From IMG/VR virus record IMGVR_UViG_3300029999_000002, positions 25,141 to 89,140 of that record: a stretch of 64,000 bases of DNA; one strand, 5' to 3'. This document shows positions 58,622-64,000 of the stretch, in pieces. The stretch comes from a virus. The position numbers and the translations under genes are program-made. The notes beneath the pieces are model-generated. The model was not told where the DNA came from, made no database searches, and saw nothing but the letters and a program-made list of their open reading frames with translations. The first letter of the stretch is position 1. Every line of letters begins with the position of its first letter.

Positions 58622-59446
58622 CTAGACCTCAGTGACCTCAGCGTCGATCACTTCGCCGGCATCCTCTTCCGAGACATAGGTTTCCTGTGGCTGCTCTTCC
58701 TCAACTGCGTCGGACGAAGGACGGTTTGCATAGTCGGTCACAAACTGTTTGTAGTAGGGACCAAACTTGGCGGCATCCTCAGGAGTTAGCTGGCGAATCG
58801 CAGTGAACTTGACACGATAAGCCTTCTTTGCCTTCTCGCTACTCATGGTGAGAACGTAGTCAAAAGTTGATGGCATCCTACCTGTTTTCGCCTTGACCAA
58901 TTTCGCGCGCTCACGTACCAGGTTGTAGACAACCTCGGAAGGATCTACACCCTGACCTGAAGCATCATAGATATAGGGCAGGTTCGTCTCCTGATCCAGG
59001 AACAGGAACGTGAAGCCACGGTCGCATACGGGTTTGGGTCCGGTGTTGGTCTTCTTGTCGTAGCCCTTCCAGGAAGCCTTAGGGCAGCTGGCACAATCCT
59101 TAGCCTGTGGCTCCAAGCGGTCATCGTTGGTAACAGGAGTCTTGCCATTGCGAGACCGACAAAGAACAGCCTCATTCTTCATCTTCGTGAAGTCCGGAGA
59201 GCTCGGCTTCCACTGGCGCGTCTTGCTCATGTGCAGGACGACCATGTTGATTTCTTTCCACGTCTGCCCCGATGCACGATGGAAAAACGTCCCGTTAGGA
59301 ACGTCATCCATACCTTCAGTAAGTTCCTGCTTCAACTGAATGTACTGAGGGCGAACTTCATCATCACCCCAGTTGCCATTGTCCTCAACCTCAGCGATCT
59401 GAGTGTTGTTATTCAAAACTGTGAGTCCTGTTTCCTCTGCTGCCAT
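58622..59446 (-). CDS. single-stranded DNA-binding-like protein
   Basis: C...C..CP...C pattern, acidic C-terminal tail, next to the exonuclease. Confidence 0.55.
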   Translation of the reverse strand: MAAEETGLTVLNNNTQIAEVEDNGNWGDDEVRPQYIQLKQELTEGMDDVPNGTFFHRASGQTWKEINMVVLHMSKTRQWKPSSPDFTKMKNEAVLCRSRNGKTPVTNDDRLEPQAKDCASCPKASWKGYDKKTNTGPKPVCDRGFTFLFLDQETNLPYIYDASGQGVDPSEVVYNLVRERAKLVKAKTGRMPSTFDYVLTMSSEKAKKAYRVKFTAIRQLTPEDAAKFGPYYKQFVTDYANRPSSDAVEEEQPQETYVSEEDAGEVIDAEVTEV

Positions 59447-59491
59447 AAATGGTGATGCCTTTCAGTGATTGTTTTGTGCCCTGTATAGCTC

Positions 59492-59668
59492 TTAGGAGGC
59501 AGAGTTGGGTGCGAGACGGATGATCTGTGTATACGATCCGGAAGTGAAGATTGCGGCCGTGTTCCCTGTTGTGTCAGTGAAGACTGCACTGCCTGCATTA
59601 AGGGTTACATTGGTTGCAATGACATCCAGGATGGAGCCGTTTGCAAGGGTGATTTTGAATGTGTTCAT
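59492..59668 (-). CDS. small hypothetical protein
   Basis: AAGGA RBS. Confidence 0.45.
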   Translation of the reverse strand: MNTFKITLANGSILDVIATNVTLNAGSAVFTDTTGNTAAIFTSGSYTQIIRLAPNSAS

Positions 59669-59676
59669 GCTGTCCT

Positions 59677-60954
59677 TTAGAGTTTGAGCTCCCATTCCAC
59701 TTGGAAGGGTTCTTCAATTGGTGCTATTGTGGGTTCAGTTGGGGCAGATGCGCGAAGATTGCCCATCATCTCGTCTACAATTTCATCTGCGATCTCGGCA
59801 GCAGTCTTCTCGACCTTTGGATACGCCAGAGCCTTAGCCTCGTCCACAGGCACACCATCTGCTCTCAGTTGCTTATAGTGGGCCTTCTGAGCCTCATTGC
59901 GGGCCTTTGTGGCCAGCTTGGACGCTTCCCTGTTCGCAATGCTGGTTGCTTTGGCTTCAGCCTTGAGAACAGCCTTGGCTTCGTCTCTAATAGCTTTGCC
60001 AATCGCCTTGCGCTTAGCCTTGTCCACTCGGATGGACTCCTCTACATCCTTCATACGTCGGTAGAGGTTGAGGGCAGCCAAGAACGCTTCCAGTTCCATT
60101 TCGAAGGTGTTCGGGGACCGATGGAGAGAGGTTAGTTTGCCCGTCTCCTTGTCCAGCTTAAGCACCCAGGTATCCGTGACTGGCTCACCTGTTTCCTCGA
60201 TGTAACAAAACCTATAGATCGCGGTCTGCAGGATGTACGTGGTTCTCATACTTCGGCTGGTTTTCCAGTCTATGAACGCCAACCTGTCAACATACTCTTC
60301 AGAGCAGCAACTAGGATCATCACAACTTGATACCCATGCGAGTCCGTCGCCAGTTCCGGCCACGTCATACTCTCTTGAGTACACCTTGCGTTCAGTGAAG
60401 ATGAACCGAACCTTGTGCTTCTGTGTCCACTCGAACGCTGCGCCAGTGCTGTTCTTTACTCGCTCATCTGTTGGTGGGAAGTCTAGAGGCTGGAGAACAC
60501 CGTTGTTGTTCTTGATGGCCAGCTTGATCTGCTCTTCTAGAATGCCGTGGACAATGTGTCCTACATCACCAGCCTCTTCCAGTTCCTGACTGTGCTTTGT
60601 TCGCGCGTCATTCAGGAGCCAGTTGAGATCCTCTGTGGACAATTCCTTTCGAGAGCCATCTGCGTTGTGCAGGCCGGCCTGAATCGTCATGATTGCCAGC
60701 TTGACTGCCCACAGCATCAGGGGCTTGCTCTTGTCGATGATCTGAAGAACAGTTGTGACACCAGGAATCTCTACCCTGTTCCCATCTGCATCAAACCTGT
60801 AATAGGCATGGGCAGAGTCATCGTAGTACAGAGTCACTTCGCCTTCAGGAGAGTCTTTGTAAAAGGAGTAGCTTGTTACCTGTGGTGCAACATCTTCCGA
60901 GTCCCAATTATCATCAGTCTCGGGTTTCATCCAATCCGGTAGAGGTGCTACCAT
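59677..60954 (-). CDS. PD-(D/E)xK exonuclease
   Basis: PGVTTVL, G..VH, TERKVY...AGTGDG, IDWKTS, LQTAIY. Confidence 0.85.
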   Translation of the reverse strand: MVAPLPDWMKPETDDNWDSEDVAPQVTSYSFYKDSPEGEVTLYYDDSAHAYYRFDADGNRVEIPGVTTVLQIIDKSKPLMLWAVKLAIMTIQAGLHNADGSRKELSTEDLNWLLNDARTKHSQELEEAGDVGHIVHGILEEQIKLAIKNNNGVLQPLDFPPTDERVKNSTGAAFEWTQKHKVRFIFTERKVYSREYDVAGTGDGLAWVSSCDDPSCCSEEYVDRLAFIDWKTSRSMRTTYILQTAIYRFCYIEETGEPVTDTWVLKLDKETGKLTSLHRSPNTFEMELEAFLAALNLYRRMKDVEESIRVDKAKRKAIGKAIRDEAKAVLKAEAKATSIANREASKLATKARNEAQKAHYKQLRADGVPVDEAKALAYPKVEKTAAEIADEIVDEMMGNLRASAPTEPTIAPIEEPFQVEWELKL

Positions 60955-61335
60955 CTACTGATCTCCATCAAGAAGCTTGAGCAGGCGTGCAGCGAGTTGC
61001 TCATTGGTCTCATCCAGAGGCGCTGTCTCAATTGCAAAGAGCACCTCTGCTACTCTGGGATCAACTGGCTTCGGGATGAGAGCAGCGTTTCGCGCAGTGA
61101 TGAACTCCTTCAGTGCCACTCGTGTGCTCTCTTTGCAGTTACCTGGATCTGCATAATAGGTGAGGTTGAACCGTTCGGTCTCTTCTTCAGTTGGATCAGC
61201 CTGTGGAAGCTGCAGGAAGGGAGCAGCTGCCCTCAGTGCTGCCATCCGCTTGACATCGGTATCACCTGAGTTCGTGGCCCAGAACGTCGTATAGTAGACA
61301 CCGGCTGCCTTCTCCAATTGCTCATCTGTGAACAT
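60955..61335 (-). CDS. hypothetical protein
   Basis: ORF in operon. Confidence 0.5.
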   Translation of the reverse strand: MFTDEQLEKAAGVYYTTFWATNSGDTDVKRMAALRAAAPFLQLPQADPTEEETERFNLTYYADPGNCKESTRVALKEFITARNAALIPKPVDPRVAEVLFAIETAPLDETNEQLAARLLKLLDGDQ

Positions 61336-61337
61336 AT

Positions 61338-61613
61338 CTATTTGCCAATCACCAAAACATCCGTGACCTTTCTCTCGATTTCAATAATTTCAAAAATGGA
61401 TAACACTGGAACCACACCCAAACCTGAATCCACAAATCTCTCCCTGCTCACAGCCAGGTACTCCCTGACCACAGTGGGCACATATTCCCTAACCTGTTCC
61501 TCATCACGAGCCACCAGGTTTGCAGACAGGATTACGCTCGACTTGGGTCCAGTTTGGGAACCTTTGTCCAGGGTGTAGACAATTTTGAAACTGGCTAGGT
61601 ACAGGTTCCTCAC
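61338..61613 (-). CDS. hypothetical protein
   Basis: Coupled to the capsid-like gene. Confidence 0.45.
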   Translation of the reverse strand: MRNLYLASFKIVYTLDKGSQTGPKSSVILSANLVARDEEQVREYVPTVVREYLAVSRERFVDSGLGVVPVLSIFEIIEIERKVTDVLVIGK

Positions 61614-62506
61614 TAGCGATCCACCAGAACCTGACAGTGCGCATAGTCTGCATTCTTGACGACAATCGCGCCGAACTTCACAACGGTGTACGAACTGGCT
61701 CCTGCTCCAAATGTTCCAGATTGGAACACGCGAGGATTCGGATCACTTAACCAGTGATACTCAATTAGGTCCTCAGTCACGATGTAGGCAGGCAACACCG
61801 CTGAACCCGAACCTGGAACACCTGTATAGGGCAGTGTCCATTCTGGGATCAGTGGCAGAAACCCTGCTTGTGTGCTGAGCACCTTGACCACAGCACCATT
61901 CTCAATGGTCTTCGTACCCAGAGCCACATTGAAGTCAGACTTGAGTTCGCGGTCGAGCAGATCCAGCAGCACAGGGTTCGCATAGATAGCAGTCGGCCGT
62001 GCGCCAGTGGCTACCATCTTGGCAACAGCGTCCTTCAGCCCATCCACGATGCTGAACCCAGCACCGATATTCATGCTGTTCCCTGCTGCGATCTGGTCTG
62101 CCACACCGAAATACTGGTTGGTAGTCGGTGCGCTCAGGCTGGTATCAGTACCGTTCCAGAGGGCAACATCATGGGTCCGGAGAACGCCATCCACGGTATC
62201 AGTGAGGTCTCTGGCTTGCAGGTATGTGAACTGGGCCTGTTGCTTACCGAGTTCAAGATCGAATAGGTTGTAGTTGATCTCTGCGACCAGAGCCTTCAGA
62301 GGGACAGACTTCTCAACTCGCCCACGGGCAGCCTGTTCAAAGTAGCGACTCGGGTGCCCAGTGGCGGGAACTTGTTTTATTCTCTGCCCAAAGAGTCCAC
62401 GCCGGCGAACCAGGTCGGTGATCTCTGACTGGTAGATGGGAACCTCTATTGCTCCGGGTCCGATGTAATCCGCAGCTTGATGGATGTCTACAAACTTTGC
62501 GTTCAA
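61613..62506 (-). CDS. major-capsid-protein-like (HK97 fold) gene outside the head module
   Basis: 297 aa; spine-helix-like ...LRTHDVALWNG, PTAIYANP, C-terminal VVKFGAIVVK...AH; recognition by eye only. Confidence 0.55.
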   Translation of the reverse strand: MNAKFVDIHQAADYIGPGAIEVPIYQSEITDLVRRRGLFGQRIKQVPATGHPSRYFEQAARGRVEKSVPLKALVAEINYNLFDLELGKQQAQFTYLQARDLTDTVDGVLRTHDVALWNGTDTSLSAPTTNQYFGVADQIAAGNSMNIGAGFSIVDGLKDAVAKMVATGARPTAIYANPVLLDLLDRELKSDFNVALGTKTIENGAVVKVLSTQAGFLPLIPEWTLPYTGVPGSGSAVLPAYIVTEDLIEYHWLSDPNPRVFQSGTFGAGASSYTVVKFGAIVVKNADYAHCQVLVDR

Positions 62507-62509
62507 TTG

Positions 62510-62720
62510 GAAGTCCTTGGGTGTTGCAGGATGAAGTTGTCAGTGTGGGAACAGGAGAGGAACCAAGCTCAACTCATCCTGTTACTAAGAGGTTCCCGGC
62601 CACTGCAGTCAGGAGCAGCTTGCTGGCCGGTATATCACATGCAGTGCTGACTTCCACTGAGACCCATTGGGCCATTTTGTCAGAGCAAGGGAACCTGGAA
62701 GAACCCTTTCCAACTGTCAG
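62510..62720 (-). ncRNA. putative structured 5' leader RNA
   Basis: Stems 62527-62534/62574-62581, 62596-62602/62624-62630, 62590-62597/62689-62696, 62696-62700/62708-62712. Confidence 0.4.
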
Positions 62721-62725
62721 ACTTT

Positions 62726-62774
62726 AGTTTACTAAACCTGCAGGCCCATGTCAAGGTTTATTTTGCTGTATAGC
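62726..62774 (-). promoter_or_regulatory. sigma70-type promoter with ATRCAG box
   Basis: GCTATACAG-N11-TTGACA(62754-62749)-N17-TAAACT. Confidence 0.75.
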
Positions 62775-63046
62775 TAGAATGGGCAGTCATCTGCGTCAAG
62801 ATTAAGCACACGATAAAACTCTTTGGCTGCCTCGATCTCTTCTGTCCTCGTCGGAGCCAGATCAGGAAACTCCAGAAACTCCAGGGACGCATTGAGCCTT
62901 GCCTGTTTCCGGTACTGTTTCTCCTGCTCACATTTGGGGCAGACTTCCTGGGACCTAAAGGGACCATTCTTGATCTTCCTGATCCCATGCTTGGTGCAGA
63001 CACCGTGCGTGTATAGGAACAGCCTTGCGAACAGTCTTGATAACAT
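62774..63046 (-). CDS. small Zn-ribbon protein
   Basis: CTKH...CPKC; AAGGGA RBS. Confidence 0.5.
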   Translation of the reverse strand: MLSRLFARLFLYTHGVCTKHGIRKIKNGPFRSQEVCPKCEQEKQYRKQARLNASLEFLEFPDLAPTRTEEIEAAKEFYRVLNLDADDCPF

Positions 63047-63068
63047 CTGAGTTCCCTTCCTGTTTCCG

Positions 63069-64000
63069 TTACTGTCTAGCGCCAATGGATGGCGGTACCG
63101 AGTATAAAGCCCCTGTATAGTCCGTAACCAAGCCTGGGATCGAGATGCCGGCGCCCAGAAGCGGACTGGTTGCAGACGGCGTGAATGAGTTTGGAGTGAT
63201 GAACGGATTGAACCCATCTAAGTCAGCCTCTTCACCGGGCCATGGCTGCACAGGTTCATTCTGCAACAGTGGGTCCTCGCAGAGCATACTGTTGGTAGTC
63301 GATGGGCAGCTTCCACCCTTCATTCCATACTCCAGGTTGTGTGATGCGTTCAGGACGATGCCAGGAGACAGGTAGTAGAGATCAGGTGCGTTACCAGCCC
63401 CATACGGATTGTTTGGATCTGTGTACCCAAGGAACAAGTTGTTGGTTGAGTTCACTGTTGAGGGGCATGTTGCATCTGCCCCGTTGCAGGCGATGTACAG
63501 AGCTATCTGTTGCGCCGATATGAACGTGTTGTTGATCAGGTTCCAGGTTGAGCCAATTGGGATCACACTGGCCATCCCATTGCCACCAGCCCTGCAGAAC
63601 CCCGTCAGGTACTGATTGTAAGTAGCCGGCACACCTGTCATCGGCTGACTCATTCGAGTGCAGTTGAACACTGACAGGTTGTTCTCAAATGTGGTCGTGT
63701 TGACTACAGAGTCGTCACCACCCCACTTCCAGTTTGAGCCCATGTTGCCGATAGCCACCGAGTTGGTGATGATGATGTTCGCCGTTTCCACGTGTGGCCC
63801 GATGAACCCATCCTTGGTGTTGTAGTCGTCCACGCAATAGTTGCAGGTAAACGAGGCGAGTGGGGTGTTCTGGCCGCTCCAGGAGTCACCAAAGCCTGCA
63901 GAGTTAGTGTCATAACAGACTTGCGCGGGATAGATCGCCGTGATGGGATACTGCTCATAGCAACCGTTGAAGATCATCGTGACGTATTGTGCGTTGACAC
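63069..64000 (-). CDS. C-terminal part of an extracellular-type beta-helix protein (partial)
   Basis: Asn/Cys-rich repeats; DPLL...SPLLGAG...DYTG...PSIGA tail resembles choice-of-anchor Q; frame open to the window edge. Confidence 0.6.
   Translation of the reverse strand, partial: VNAQYVTMIFNGCYEQYPITAIYPAQVCYDTNSAGFGDSWSGQNTPLASFTCNYCVDDYNTKDGFIGPHVETANIIITNSVAIGNMGSNWKWGGDDSVVNTTTFENNLSVFNCTRMSQPMTGVPATYNQYLTGFCRAGGNGMASVIPIGSTWNLINNTFISAQQIALYIACNGADATCPSTVNSTNNLFLGYTDPNNPYGAGNAPDLYYLSPGIVLNASHNLEYGMKGGSCPSTTNSMLCEDPLLQNEPVQPWPGEEADLDGFNPFITPNSFTPSATSPLLGAGISIPGLVTDYTGALYSVPPSIGARQ

Noticed and set aside
62510-62720. Cobalamin riboswitch (the phage has B12-dependent NrdJ)
   Set aside because: GGGAA and GCCACTG words occur, but not in the consensus order on the transcribed strand.
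1-64000. Alternative genetic code / stop-codon reassignment
   Set aside because: Long genes are intact under the standard bacterial code with TAA, TAG and TGA all used as stops; the tRNA anticodon reads TCT, not CTA.

Overview
The whole window is part of a temperate long-tailed (siphovirus-type) dsDNA phage genome. An Acidobacteriota host is my inference from the style of several proteins and is not verified. The + strand (1-31.2 kb) carries head-tail joining and tail genes, including a -1 frameshifting tail chaperone pair, tape measure, distal tail/hub, NlpC-like and J-like tip proteins. It continues with lysis genes, small early genes, xis, an intact attP matching a tRNA 3' end, a tyrosine integrase and a tRNA-Arg(TCT). 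The - strand (31.2-64 kb) carries replication, recombination and nucleotide genes (NrdJ, RecA, ligase, primase-helicase, SF2 helicase, SSB-like, exonuclease, endonuclease VII, MazG, NUDIX), a split C5 DNA methyltransferase, homing endonucleases and many small ORFs. The most unusual observations are: (1) three paralogous tail-fibre-like proteins that begin with Sec signal peptides and sit between repeated hairpins like cassettes; (2) a capsid-like gene and a prohead-protease-like gene stranded in the replication arm, each behind a structured RNA leader; (3) five sigma70 promoters sharing ATRCAG exactly 11 bp upstream of TTGACA; (4) a nested out-of-frame ORF in the methyltransferase. All functional calls come from motif recognition by eye; no searches were run.
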